A stretch of 64,000 nucleotides of DNA from an uncultured Anaerolineales bacterium (lineage in GTDB: Bacteria; Chloroflexota; Anaerolineae; UBA7937; B3-Chlor), in the NCBI GenBank assembly GCA_964433755.1, contig CAYSSR010000002.1, positions 212,220 through 276,219 of the forward strand, written 5' to 3'. A program made the position numbers and the translations under genes. Positions 8,910 through 18,662 of this stretch are shown in pieces. The stretch's first letter is position 1; each line of letters starts with the position of its first letter. The notes under the pieces were generated by a model, which did no database searches, was not told the origin of the DNA, and was given only the letters and a program-made list of their open reading frames with translations.

Positions 8910-9533
8910 ATGAGAAAGGCCACCAGAGTAGTTGCCTCACTGTTTGGTCTCTTTGCCGGGTTTGGCGGTCCGGAACACGGCTACTTCGAAATCCTTCAAG
9001 GGAACGTCAGGCCAGAAGGCCTGATGATAGCTTCCATGGGCCCTCCCTGCGATCCGGAAAAGGTGTGGAATCTCTGCGAGCCCGCCATGACCGTTGTCCC
9101 CAGCTTTCTGATCACGGGCATCGTGGCCACCGCTGTCGGCGTGATCACCATGATCTGGTCGGTGGCCTTCATCCAGAGGAAACACGGCGGTTTGGTGCTC
9201 ATGCTGCTATCCATAGCACTGCTGCTGGTGGGAGGAGGTTTGTTCCCGCCAGTGATTGGATTCGTCGCCGGCGTGGTAGCGACCAGGATCAATGTACCGG
9301 TGACCAGGCAGCCCGGTAGGGTCTTGTCTCTCCTGGCCAGGTGGTGGCCGTGGCCACTCGTGGCCTTCTTCGTATGGGCTTTCGGACAGTTCGCCGTCGG
9401 TTACTTCTTCAACGATCTCCTGATGCAAAGCAGCTTTCTCGTGCCGCTGCTGATTGTCGGACTTCTGGTCCTGTCCATCTTCACCGGACATGCGTACGAC
9501 GTCCAGAATCGTGACCGAGCTGAGGTTCCATAG
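8910..9533 (+). CDS. Hypothetical multi-pass membrane protein
   Basis: Hydrophobic; EHGYFEILQGNVRP...GP...EPAMT motif shared with 11061..11756. Confidence 0.75.
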   Translation: MRKATRVVASLFGLFAGFGGPEHGYFEILQGNVRPEGLMIASMGPPCDPEKVWNLCEPAMTVVPSFLITGIVATAVGVITMIWSVAFIQRKHGGLVLMLLSIALLLVGGGLFPPVIGFVAGVVATRINVPVTRQPGRVLSLLARWWPWPLVAFFVWAFGQFAVGYFFNDLLMQSSFLVPLLIVGLLVLSIFTGHAYDVQNRDRAEVP

Positions 9534-9536
9534 GAG

Positions 9537-10541
9537 GTGCCAACGGACGTGGGGTACAAGAGCATCGTAGCAACTAGAAGAGGCGGCCCGGAGGTCCTCC
9601 AGGTCGTTGAAAAGGAGCTGCGCGAACCCGTGCGCGACGAAGTTCGTATCAGGATTCTGGCCACGCCCGTGTGCCAGGACGACGTCGCCCATCGGGTCGG
9701 TAGCCGGCCGTTTCCGGTCAAGACACCGTTCGTTCCGGGTTATGCCATCCTCGGTGTGGCAGATGCCATCGCCGGAGATGTCACCAGCGTCGCCGTGGGT
9801 GACCGCGTCGCCGCCTTGACGCAGCTTGGGGGCCATGCCGAGTATATCTACCTCAGCGAAGACCAGCTCGTTCACGTCCCCACGACCCTGGACCCAGCGG
9901 AAGCCGTGGTGTTGATCCTCAACTACCTCGTGGCCCACCAGTGCATACACCGGGCCGTACAGGCAAAGCCCGGCGACAAGGTACTCATCGTCGGCGCCAG
10001 TGGTGGCGTGGGAACCGCCTTCCTCGAGCTTGGCAAGCTGGCTGGCCTCAGGATGTATGGGACGGCGTCTCGCAGCAAGCACAGCACCCTGACCGATCTG
10101 GGCGCCATACCCATCGACTACCACACAGAGGATTGTGTGGAGGTGATCCAGCAAGCGGAGCCCGAGGGACTCGATTTCGTCTTCAACGGCATGGGTGAGG
10201 AGTACTTCGAGCGCGGATTGGCGGTACTACGGCGTGGCGGCGTCTTGGTGCACTACGGCGGACCACAGAGTTCCGCACGCCTCTTCCTGCTCATGGCCAA
10301 GTTGATCCTCTACAACGTGCTGCCTAATGGCAAGACGATCAAGGGGTATGGCACTCACAGGGTCGACCAGCAGTTGCTGAACGAAGATTGGGAGAAACTC
10401 TTCAAGCTGCTGGAAGAAGGACAGATCAAGCCCATCATCGCTGCGAAGTTCCCTATCCTGGAGGCGGCCAGAGCCAACGAACTGCTGGAGAGCGGTGCGG
10501 TCACCGGCAACGTCGTCTTGCTGGCGCCGGAGTTGTTGTAG
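9537..10541 (+). CDS. Medium-chain dehydrogenase/reductase (quinone oxidoreductase-like)
   Basis: GGPEVL N-terminus, VGASGGVG nucleotide-binding motif, G-x-V-V-L terminus; no zinc-ligand Cys cluster. Confidence 0.9.
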   Translation: MPTDVGYKSIVATRRGGPEVLQVVEKELREPVRDEVRIRILATPVCQDDVAHRVGSRPFPVKTPFVPGYAILGVADAIAGDVTSVAVGDRVAALTQLGGHAEYIYLSEDQLVHVPTTLDPAEAVVLILNYLVAHQCIHRAVQAKPGDKVLIVGASGGVGTAFLELGKLAGLRMYGTASRSKHSTLTDLGAIPIDYHTEDCVEVIQQAEPEGLDFVFNGMGEEYFERGLAVLRRGGVLVHYGGPQSSARLFLLMAKLILYNVLPNGKTIKGYGTHRVDQQLLNEDWEKLFKLLEEGQIKPIIAAKFPILEAARANELLESGAVTGNVVLLAPELL

Positions 10542-10586
10542 GTTCTTCCGTCCCCCACAGGTTATCGCAAGACCCAAGGAGTGGAG

Positions 10587-10961
10587 ATGAGTACTACTCT
10601 GTCGACAGTGGTTGGCGCTGGACTGGTCTTCCTCTTCATTTTCCTTTCCGGCATCTGGCTGGGCAGGTCTAGGAGGCCGTTCAATAACATCGTCTTGACC
10701 TTGCACAAACTGATCTCGCTGGCGGCCGCCGTGGCGCTCGCGGTGATTCTGTACCAGGCGAACCAGGTGGCTGCGTTGAGCGCCACGGGATTGGCCGCTG
10801 GCGTCGTCGCCGGCCTGCTCTTTCTGGGCACCGGCATCTGTGGCGGCCTGTTGAGCACCGACAAACCGATGCCGACGCTCGTCTCGACCATACATCGGAT
10901 CGCACCTGTTCTGACCGTGCTCTCTAATGCCGTGACCCTCTGGGTTCTGCTAGGGCGCTAG
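10587..10961 (+). CDS. Small four-TM hypothetical membrane protein
   Basis: Four hydrophobic segments with LHKL and IHR His motifs; AAGGA RBS. Confidence 0.65.
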   Translation: MSTTLSTVVGAGLVFLFIFLSGIWLGRSRRPFNNIVLTLHKLISLAAAVALAVILYQANQVAALSATGLAAGVVAGLLFLGTGICGGLLSTDKPMPTLVSTIHRIAPVLTVLSNAVTLWVLLGR

Positions 10962-11060
10962 CGCAAGATACCAGGGGCAGCAGGTGCGGGATACTCACAC
11001 GGCGGGCTGCCGTGGCAGCGAAGCGCAACGTAGCCTGCGCCAGTATAGCGAGAGAACGGG

Positions 11061-11756
11061 GTGGGAATGAAGGACTCGCCAGAGAAGAAGAACCTCAGCG
11101 CCACCAGAGTGGTCGCCTCGACCATGGGTTTCCTTGTCGGGCTGTTTGGAATGGAACATGGGCTCTTTGAGATGCTTCAGGGCAATGTGAGGCCCAGCGG
11201 CCTCATCGTAGATGCCATAGGGCCAGCGCAGGAGTTCTGGCCGGGCGCGATGGAACCAGCCCTGACGATCATCCCCAATCTCTTGGTCTCGGGTATCCTG
11301 GCCATGATCGTTGGGCTCTTGGTCATGATCTGGTCGGCTGTGTTCATTGAGAGCAGGCACGGGCCTCTGGTCCTCCTGGTTCTCTGCATCATGCTACTCC
11401 TGGTTGGAGGGGGTTCTCCGCCTCTGTTCAGCGGGACAATGGCCGTTCTTGTCGCCACTCGGATCAACAAGCGGCTAACGTGGTGGCGTACGCATCTCTC
11501 TGACAGATGGCGAGGCGTCCTCGCCGCGTGGTGGCCGTGGACTGTCATCCTTCACGTGATCGTTGCTTTGGTAAGCGTTGAGATTGCCATCTTCGGCTAC
11601 CCCCTGGCGTGGTTCCTCAGCTACGATACCATGATCTCCCTCTTGTATAGTATGGGATACGTCGCGCTACCAATCATGGTGGCTACCATCCTCTCTGCTT
11701 TTGCACACGATATCCAGAAACAGATCAACTCAGAAGACAAGGCTACGGGCATCTAG
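11061..11756 (+). CDS. Hypothetical multi-pass membrane protein (paralog of 8910..9533)
   Basis: RVVAS...EHGLFEMLQGNVRP...EPALT...LLLVGGG...ATRIN shared with 8910..9533. Confidence 0.75.
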   Translation: MGMKDSPEKKNLSATRVVASTMGFLVGLFGMEHGLFEMLQGNVRPSGLIVDAIGPAQEFWPGAMEPALTIIPNLLVSGILAMIVGLLVMIWSAVFIESRHGPLVLLVLCIMLLLVGGGSPPLFSGTMAVLVATRINKRLTWWRTHLSDRWRGVLAAWWPWTVILHVIVALVSVEIAIFGYPLAWFLSYDTMISLLYSMGYVALPIMVATILSAFAHDIQKQINSEDKATGI

Positions 11757-11768
11757 GGTAAGGAGAAC

Positions 11769-11891
11769 GTGCAAGAGACCACAGTCATCACTCTGCCACT
11801 CCCTTATCGACTGGGTAGTGTGAACTGCTACCTCGTGAAGACCGACGCGGGGTTTGTCCTCGTCGACATGAGGGGTTCGAACAAGCGCGCC
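11769..11891 (+). pseudogene. N-terminal stump of MBL-fold metallo-hydrolase
   Basis: MQETTVITLPLPYRLGSVNCYLVKTDAGFVLVD with AAGGAG RBS; similarity stops before the HxHxDH/THGDFDH motif. Confidence 0.6.
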
Positions 11892-12042
11892 GACCCCATT
11901 GATCTCGGGTGCGCGCAGGCACGCAGCAGTCCAGTCACTCGTCTAGTGTGTGGTGCAAGCAGTGCCAGTCAGAGGAGCGGCGTCCCTGGATCGACTGCGG
12001 AGGCTGACAGTCGCCACGCACAACTCGACAAGGAGCATGCAC

Positions 12043-12861
12043 ATGACTACGTCCAACCCAAGATCACGATCCACCAGTCCGGCAACCACTCACAGCGTGA
12101 CCGTCATCTACGTGCTGTCTCTTGTCATCGGACTTCTGATGGCCATCTCCTCGGTCGCCGGTATCATGTACCAGACCTCCCTCTACCCGACGGAGGAATT
12201 GCGTAGCTGGCTGGTCAACAACGACCTCTTCAACCTCGTTGTGGGCTTGCCCTTCCTGCTCATCTCGATGTGGCTGGCGCGGCGGGGCAAGCTGATCGGG
12301 CTGCTTTGCTGGCCGGGCGCGCTCTACTACGTTCTGTACGTCTACGTCGCATACGTCATCGGCGCCCCTTTCGGCGCGCTGTTCCTCCCCCACCTCCTGC
12401 TTGCCACACTGAGCGCCTACGCCCTCATTGGCCTGGTAGCCAGCATAGACGGAGAGGTGGTGCGCCAGAAGCTTGTGGGGACTGTGCCAGCCAGAACGAC
12501 CGGCGGCATCCTGCTGGCCCTGGCCCTTCTGATCCTCCTGCGCGAAGTGGGCCTCATCGTCAGTGCTCTCATCGACCAGACACCGGTGGCCCCATCCGAA
12601 CTCGCCCAGTGGATCGACGACTTCGCCGTGGGTTGCCCCGCGCTTCTCGGCGTCGGGATCGCGCTGTGGCTGCGTAGGGCGCTGGGATACGTTGGCGGCG
12701 CGGGGCTTCTCCTGGCCTACGGAATCCTATCGCTCAGTCTCGTCCCCATCATGGTCTCCGGCTCACCTGTCGACGTTGCCGGCATCGTCATTGTCGCTGT
12801 GATGGCCGGACTGTGCTTCGTACCGTTTGCGTTCTTTGTGCGTGGAGCTGTCAGAACGTAG
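12043..12861 (+). CDS. Hypothetical multi-pass membrane protein
   Basis: About 8 TM segments; NDLFNLVVGLP...LLCWPGALYYVLY; ATG 12043 lies 7 nt after AGGAG. Confidence 0.75.
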   Translation: MTTSNPRSRSTSPATTHSVTVIYVLSLVIGLLMAISSVAGIMYQTSLYPTEELRSWLVNNDLFNLVVGLPFLLISMWLARRGKLIGLLCWPGALYYVLYVYVAYVIGAPFGALFLPHLLLATLSAYALIGLVASIDGEVVRQKLVGTVPARTTGGILLALALLILLREVGLIVSALIDQTPVAPSELAQWIDDFAVGCPALLGVGIALWLRRALGYVGGAGLLLAYGILSLSLVPIMVSGSPVDVAGIVIVAVMAGLCFVPFAFFVRGAVRT

Positions 12862-13003
12862 CTCCCCGCCCGCTTGGCCAATGCCGACGCTATCACCTGA
12901 CGCGTCCTGACCCTCGGTCACAAGGGATGCGTGGAGTCGCGGTCATCGCGTCGGAACTCTATCGCTGTTGTCGAGAGGATGCACACTACGCTAGGAGAAA
13001 ACG

Positions 13004-13453
13004 ATGAAAGCCCTGATTGTCTACGACTCGGTCTACGGGAATACAGAGAAGATCGCCCAAGCTATCGGCGATGCGGTCGGCCGTGAGGTCAGAGTGTTAC
13101 GAGTGGGTGAGGTGGATGTCACCGAACTCAACACTCTCGGCCTTCTTTTCGTAGGTGCTCCCACCCATGGAGGCCGGCCGTCGCCTACGATGCGAGAGTT
13201 CCTGGACCGGGTCCCGCCCTCCGCTCTCAAAGGTATCAACGTGGCCGCTTTCGACACCAGAATGACCACGCGATGGGTCCGCATCTTCGGCTACGCCGCA
13301 GGGCGAATCGCCAAGAGCCTACAGAAGAAGGGCGGCACCCTCATCGGGGCGCCGGAACCTTTCTACGTAGAGGGCGGCGAAGGTCCGCTCAAGGAGGGCG
13401 AGCTGGAGCGGGCCGCCGCTTGGGCCAAGACGGTTTTCGAAAGCGTTGAGTAA
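13004..13453 (+). CDS. Flavodoxin family protein
   Basis: IVYDSVYGNTEKIA FMN loop, VGAPTHGG, AAFDTR. Confidence 0.92.
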   Translation: MKALIVYDSVYGNTEKIAQAIGDAVGREVRVLRVGEVDVTELNTLGLLFVGAPTHGGRPSPTMREFLDRVPPSALKGINVAAFDTRMTTRWVRIFGYAAGRIAKSLQKKGGTLIGAPEPFYVEGGEGPLKEGELERAAAWAKTVFESVE

Positions 13454-13530
13454 GACGCTACAAGGAAGGGCGCCTCGCAGGCAAGCGGCATTCCGCCTGC
13501 TTGGCGGACGGACTTCTGTCTCAGGATCGT

Positions 13531-16143
13531 CTAGTACTGCTTCATGCCCAGGGGGAGCATGACCAGGTAGCAGTGTGCCTCGACCTGCGATGAGAACTCC
13601 GAGGTATTGCCGCTGGCATCTGTAGCCGTGGCGGTGACGTAGGTGTCGAAGCTGAAGGGGCCGGCAACCTCCCAGTCGCCGCCGCCGTCGGCCACATCGG
13701 TAGCCAGGTACGTCTTACCCTCCTCATCGGGCCCGGTGAACACCTCTACCGTGTCGCCGGCACCTGCCGTCCCCGACACAGTGCCGAAGCAGGCATCCAC
13801 GGAGCTGACGGTGGGCGCCGGGATCTCGTCGTTTCCCCCACTCCACAGGTCGATGCCCAAACCAACGTTGCTGTGGATGCTGTCTTGAGTTATGGTGTTG
13901 CCAGTGGTGGTGGTAGGGCCGCCCACAGAAACGCCGCGTAGGTCGTTGTAGGCGATGAGGTTGTTAGGGCCAACAGTGTTGTCCTCTGCGTAGTTCTCGA
14001 TTCTCACGCCATCGTAGCCATTGCCTCTGTCCTGGGTGCCCGTCACATCGCTGCCGATGTAGTTGTGAGAGACCGTGTTCCCGTCCGTGCCGGCACTACG
14101 GATGTGCACGCCACTCCCGGTGCTGGCCGCGATGACGTTCCCCTCTGCGACGGTTTCGCCCCCGATAGTGTTGTCTTGAGCGCCAGTGTCGATCATAGCC
14201 CCGTCGCCGGTGTTGCCCAGCTCCTGGGTGCCTCCCGCATCGGTCCCGATGCAGTTCCCGCACACCGTGTTGCCGTCCGTTCCGCTTCCGCTGATCAGCA
14301 CCCCGCCGGAGTTGTTTCCAGAGATCACATTCCGCTCTCCCGCGGTCTGGCCCCCGATGGTGTTGTACTGTGCCCCCAATTGGATGGCCACACCTGCACC
14401 GGTATTGCCCAGGTCTGACGAGCCGGCCACGTCGGTGCCGATGTAGTTCCCCGAGACGGTGTTGCTCATCGTGTTGGCGCCCAAGATGCTCACGCCCGTG
14501 CTGTTTGCCGAGATTACATTCCTTTCACCTTCGGTGTCGCCGCCGACCGTGTTATTCTGAGCGCTGGACCTGACATACACACCGCTGCTGGCATTGCCCA
14601 GAGCTTCAGTGCCGCTCACGTCGGTGCCGATGAAGTTGCCGGAGACCGTGTTCCAGTCGGTGCCGGCGCCGTTGATTTGAACGCCACTCCACTCGTTCCC
14701 TGCGATGACGTTCCTCTCCCCGGCGGTTTGGCCCCCGATGGTGTTGTCCTGAGCTCCTTCGGCAATCAAGACACCGTCGAAGCTGTTGCCCAGATCCTGG
14801 GTGCCTCCCACATCGGTGCCAATGTAGTTCCCGGACACCACGTTGTCGTCGGCTCCGCTTCCGTTGATCTGCACCCCGTACCAGTTGTTGCCTGAGATGA
14901 CGTTCCTCTCCGCGGCGGTTTGGCCCCCGACGGAGTTATTCTGGGCCCCTGAGGCGATTTCGATGCCACAGAAGGTATTGCCCAGGTCGGACGACCCGGC
15001 AACGTCGGTGCCGATGTAGTTCCCGGAGACGGTGTTGCTCACCGTGCCGCTGCCGACAATCATCACGCCCCTGCTGTTGGCAGAGATCACATTCCTCTCG
15101 CCTTCAGAGTCGCCGCCAACGGTGTTGTACTGTGAGCCCGCTGAGATTACCACGCCATCACCCGTGTTACCGAGGGCTTGAGTGCCGCTGACCACCGTGC
15201 CGATGTAGTTGCCGGAGACGGTGTTGCTCATGGTGTCGCTCTCCGAGATCGACACTCCCATTCCGCCGTTGCCGGAGATGATGTTCCTCTCCCCTTCGGT
15301 GCCGCCGCCTATTGTGTTGTACTGAGCGCCATAGGAGATGACTACGCCGGCCTGGGAGTTGCCCAACCCTTGGGCGCCCGTGGCATCCGTGCCGACGAAG
15401 TTGCCAGAGACCGTGTTTCCGTCCGCGTCACCGCCGAAGATATACACCCCATACTGATCGTTTCCCGAGACCACGTTCCTCTCCCCGGACGTGTCCCCGC
15501 CGACGACGTTGCCCTGGGGGCCGTAGCTGACTACGACGCCCGCCGTGCCGTTGCCCAGATCCGAGGACCCTGAGGCGTCGGTGCCGATGTAGTTGCCGGA
15601 CACCGTGTTGTAGTCGGCCCCCGTCGTCTGGATGAGCACACCAATCGTTGGACACTGGTTGATGACCAATCCGTGAACGACGTTGTTTGCCGATTCGATG
15701 ACGAGGCAAGCAGCGGTGCTCAGACTTGCACCGCTGATTTCGATCTCCGGGCCGTCCGGATTCAGGTCGCCCTGATTGGCGGCTTGGGTGGTCCCACTGA
15801 TGATCGTACCGCCGTCAGTGAGAGTGGGCAGGGGGCTGGCCAGAGAGATGGTCCAGGTGCCCGTGATCCCGCTGACCTGATAGCCTGTGTCCGTCGTAGG
15901 GATATTGAACGCGATAGTGTCTGTGCCAGCGCTGTTGTTGGTGACTTCGATGGCCTCGCGCAAGGAGATGGCCCCGTCGCCGCCCGGGTCTGCCTGCAGA
16001 TTGGTGAACGAAGAGGTGTCCCCATCGCTGACGTCCGTAGTCGAATTCACCGTCACCGTGTCCGGCGAACCGCTGGCGGTCCCCAGAGCCGCCAGCAGGC
16101 ACAGAAGAACCGCGGCAACGATGGCCAGTACGTGCGTCCTCAT
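13531..16143 (-). CDS. Secreted parallel beta-helix repeat protein with CSLREA-like N-terminal motif
   Basis: Signal peptide MRTHVLAIVAAVLLCLLAALGTA; ISLREAI; 8 full plus 1 partial ~63-64-aa repeats (SGNYIGTD...GERNVISGN); C-terminus YLVMLPLGMKQY. Confidence 0.85.
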   Translation of the reverse strand: MRTHVLAIVAAVLLCLLAALGTASGSPDTVTVNSTTDVSDGDTSSFTNLQADPGGDGAISLREAIEVTNNSAGTDTIAFNIPTTDTGYQVSGITGTWTISLASPLPTLTDGGTIISGTTQAANQGDLNPDGPEIEISGASLSTAACLVIESANNVVHGLVINQCPTIGVLIQTTGADYNTVSGNYIGTDASGSSDLGNGTAGVVVSYGPQGNVVGGDTSGERNVVSGNDQYGVYIFGGDADGNTVSGNFVGTDATGAQGLGNSQAGVVISYGAQYNTIGGGTEGERNIISGNGGMGVSISESDTMSNTVSGNYIGTVVSGTQALGNTGDGVVISAGSQYNTVGGDSEGERNVISANSRGVMIVGSGTVSNTVSGNYIGTDVAGSSDLGNTFCGIEIASGAQNNSVGGQTAAERNVISGNNWYGVQINGSGADDNVVSGNYIGTDVGGTQDLGNSFDGVLIAEGAQDNTIGGQTAGERNVIAGNEWSGVQINGAGTDWNTVSGNFIGTDVSGTEALGNASSGVYVRSSAQNNTVGGDTEGERNVISANSTGVSILGANTMSNTVSGNYIGTDVAGSSDLGNTGAGVAIQLGAQYNTIGGQTAGERNVISGNNSGGVLISGSGTDGNTVCGNCIGTDAGGTQELGNTGDGAMIDTGAQDNTIGGETVAEGNVIAASTGSGVHIRSAGTDGNTVSHNYIGSDVTGTQDRGNGYDGVRIENYAEDNTVGPNNLIAYNDLRGVSVGGPTTTTGNTITQDSIHSNVGLGIDLWSGGNDEIPAPTVSSVDACFGTVSGTAGAGDTVEVFTGPDEEGKTYLATDVADGGGDWEVAGPFSFDTYVTATATDASGNTSEFSSQVEAHCYLVMLPLGMKQY

Positions 16144-16779
16144 CTCTTCCCCCTCCCGCTCCAGCTCTGAAGAGTCCCCCCATCGGGAACCCGATCCCAA
16201 GACTCCCGGCTTTGCGCACACGGCCGCGTGACGACGGCCCCGCTGCCTCTACACCGAAACCGGGCCGACAACAGTAGATGCCCGTCTAGTTGCTGAGATA
16301 CATGAGGCTGCTGATCGACTGCTCCAAAACGATAAACAAGACAGTAGTCAACGCTCGTGGTGAGTCAACGGCCCATGCTATCACATCCGTTGCGGATAGT
16401 CAAGCTTTTTCCATGCCAACGCGCAGGGAAGTGGTTCCCGACCGTTGACCCGAATCACCATCGGCCCTGACTCCAGATTGCTGCGTGGCAGCGCCAACTC
16501 CTCCACCCCGATGCGGCACCTGAGTCCGGCGCGACCTGGCTATCGTCATGCGGTGTGGCTACGGCTAGCCCATCGCGCATTCGACGTTTGAGCCGGGCAG
16601 CCACGCGATGACCCCACTGCCTCCGGACTTCCTGATTTCTTCGTAGCGGCAGGTCTGTGCCCCGCTTCCACATCGCTTCGACGCGCCTGTCGCCCTTCAC
16701 TTGCCGCATCCCACCAGTTCTGGTATAAATCAAGTCAATTCGCTCTTGCCTAGATCGACGTACGTGCAAGGAGACATAC

Positions 16780-17307
16780 ATGCCAGAGATCCCTGATCTC
16801 ACAGAACTGATCGCCACTCTAGGCCTGATCGGCCAGGTGTTGTTCTGGGTCGCCGGCGCCTACTTCGTGGCTTTCTGGTTCAGCCTCATCGTCTGGACTT
16901 TTCGCGATGTGCGCGCGCGGTCCCGTGACCTGTTCACCCAAGCGCTGGGCACGCTCCTGGTCGTGCCGCCGCCGCCCCTGGACATCGCCGGTCTGGTCCT
17001 CTACATGGTCCTCCGGCCCAGGGAGACCCTGGCGGAGGCGTATGAACGCTCCCTCGAGGAGGAAGTGCTGCTGCAAGGCATAGAGGACATGGAGGTCTGC
17101 CCGGCCTGCAAGCAACTCATCGAAGACGAATACATGGTGTGCCCCCAGTGCTACACCCAACTGAGGAAGAAATGCCCAGACTGCGGGCGCCTGATGGAGC
17201 TATCCTGGACTGTCTGCCCCTACTGCGGAGGCAAGGTCGCCGCTCAGCGCGTGCCCGCTGGCCTGCCCGAGAATCGGCTACCAGAAGAACATAGTGACCC
17301 CCAGTGA
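16780..17307 (+). CDS. Membrane-anchored double zinc-ribbon protein
   Basis: Two N-terminal TM helices and four CxxC motifs (CPAC, CPQC, CPDC, CPYC); AAGGAG RBS. Confidence 0.88.
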   Translation: MPEIPDLTELIATLGLIGQVLFWVAGAYFVAFWFSLIVWTFRDVRARSRDLFTQALGTLLVVPPPPLDIAGLVLYMVLRPRETLAEAYERSLEEEVLLQGIEDMEVCPACKQLIEDEYMVCPQCYTQLRKKCPDCGRLMELSWTVCPYCGGKVAAQRVPAGLPENRLPEEHSDPQ

Positions 17308-18256
17308 CGTTTCCGTCATCGTCACCGTCAAGAATGAAGCCCGGTCCATCGACAGGCTACTGGACTCCCTGTCCCAACAGACGGTCCCCCCCGCGGAGAT
17401 AGTCATCGTCGACGCAGGCTCCACCGACGGCACGCTGGAGCGTGTCGAGCGCCACTCCCAACACCTCCCCATCAAACTCCTTGTCCGCGAGGGGACCAAT
17501 ATCTCCCAGGGACGCAACGAGGCCATCCGGGCTGCTTCCGGAGAGATTCTGGCCAGCACCGACGCCGGCGTGCGACTGGCGCCCCACTGGCTGGAAGAGC
17601 TCACCCGGCCCTTGGCGGAAGACGCATCGACAGATGTCGTGAGCGGCTTCTTCCTTCCCGATCCCCAAACCGTCTTCGAGAGAGCCATGGGCGCCACCGT
17701 CCTGCCCGTCGTGGCCGACGTTGATCCAGAGGGCTTCCTGCCCTCCAGCCGCTCCGTGGCTTTTCGCAGGAAAGCGTGGGAGAAGGCGGGTGGCTACCCG
17801 GAGTGGCTGGACTTCTGTGAGGACCTGGTCTTCGACTTCGCCTTGCTGGACGCAGGGTGCAGGTTCTGCTTCGCCCCTCGCGCGGTGGCCTACTTTCGGC
17901 CTCGCTCCAGCCTGGGCGCCTTCTGGCGGCAGTACTTCCAGTATGCCCGGGGCGACGGCAAGGCCGATCTATGGCGCCGGCGCCACGCCATTCGTTACCT
18001 GACCTACTTCGTGTGCGCCCCGCTGGCCGTAGCACTGGGCCTCATCGTTCACCCCCTCTGGTGGTTGCCACTGCCCGTTGGCGTCGCCGTCTACCTCTGG
18101 ACGCCCTACAGGCGCCTGTGGCCCATGCTCGAAGGTCTGTCCCTGCCGGAAAAGGTCGAGGCTCTGCTCTGGGTGCCCATCATCCGCCTGTGGGGCGACG
18201 TGGCCAAGATGATTGGGTATCCCGTTGGCGTGCTATGGAGATTCCGTCACCTATAG
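17294..18256 (+). CDS. Glycosyltransferase family 2
   Basis: VIVTVKNEA, IVDAGSTDGT, STDAG (DxD-like), C-terminal TM segments. Confidence 0.9.
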   Translation: MTPSDVSVIVTVKNEARSIDRLLDSLSQQTVPPAEIVIVDAGSTDGTLERVERHSQHLPIKLLVREGTNISQGRNEAIRAASGEILASTDAGVRLAPHWLEELTRPLAEDASTDVVSGFFLPDPQTVFERAMGATVLPVVADVDPEGFLPSSRSVAFRRKAWEKAGGYPEWLDFCEDLVFDFALLDAGCRFCFAPRAVAYFRPRSSLGAFWRQYFQYARGDGKADLWRRRHAIRYLTYFVCAPLAVALGLIVHPLWWLPLPVGVAVYLWTPYRRLWPMLEGLSLPEKVEALLWVPIIRLWGDVAKMIGYPVGVLWRFRHL

Positions 18257-18662
18257 GAGAAGCCACAGACGCCCAGCCAGCCGCACAGCTATAGCCCATC
18301 CGCTGACCGAAATGAGCCTTCCGGGAGGATGAAGGCCAGAGGGAATCGGCCATGGCACAGCCATCGCACTGTCGCTTGTAGGCCACGTCGTGGGCTGGCT
18401 GGTAGACCACCCAACGGCTGCGCTACGTGGCCCGCGCGATCGCCCGCCTTGCCCTTCCACTGCACGCTCGGCATCGACCGAGCATCTGCTCACAGGCCGG
18501 TAAGTTGACTCGATGTGCTCTGTGTACGAGCCGGCTGCTTTCTTGTCACGCGGAGGAAGAGCTGCGCCTGGCCTACTTCGCATCCGCCGGCGCCCCTGTG
18601 GCTGCGATGATGAGGCATTGCTCTTTCGCAGCGGAGAAACAGTGACAGTGAGGAGGACAACC

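Noticed and set aside
16200-16460. Possible c-di-GMP-I riboswitch upstream of the beta-helix protein (GCGCAAAGCC on minus strand)
   Set aside because: The GCAAA/GAAA-tetraloop P2 elements are not present in the required order.
18290-18420. SAM-I-like fragment (AGAGGGAATCGGCC) upstream of ICMT gene
   Set aside because: Lacks the ATC..GAG start, the GCAACC and GTGC cores and P1 pairing.
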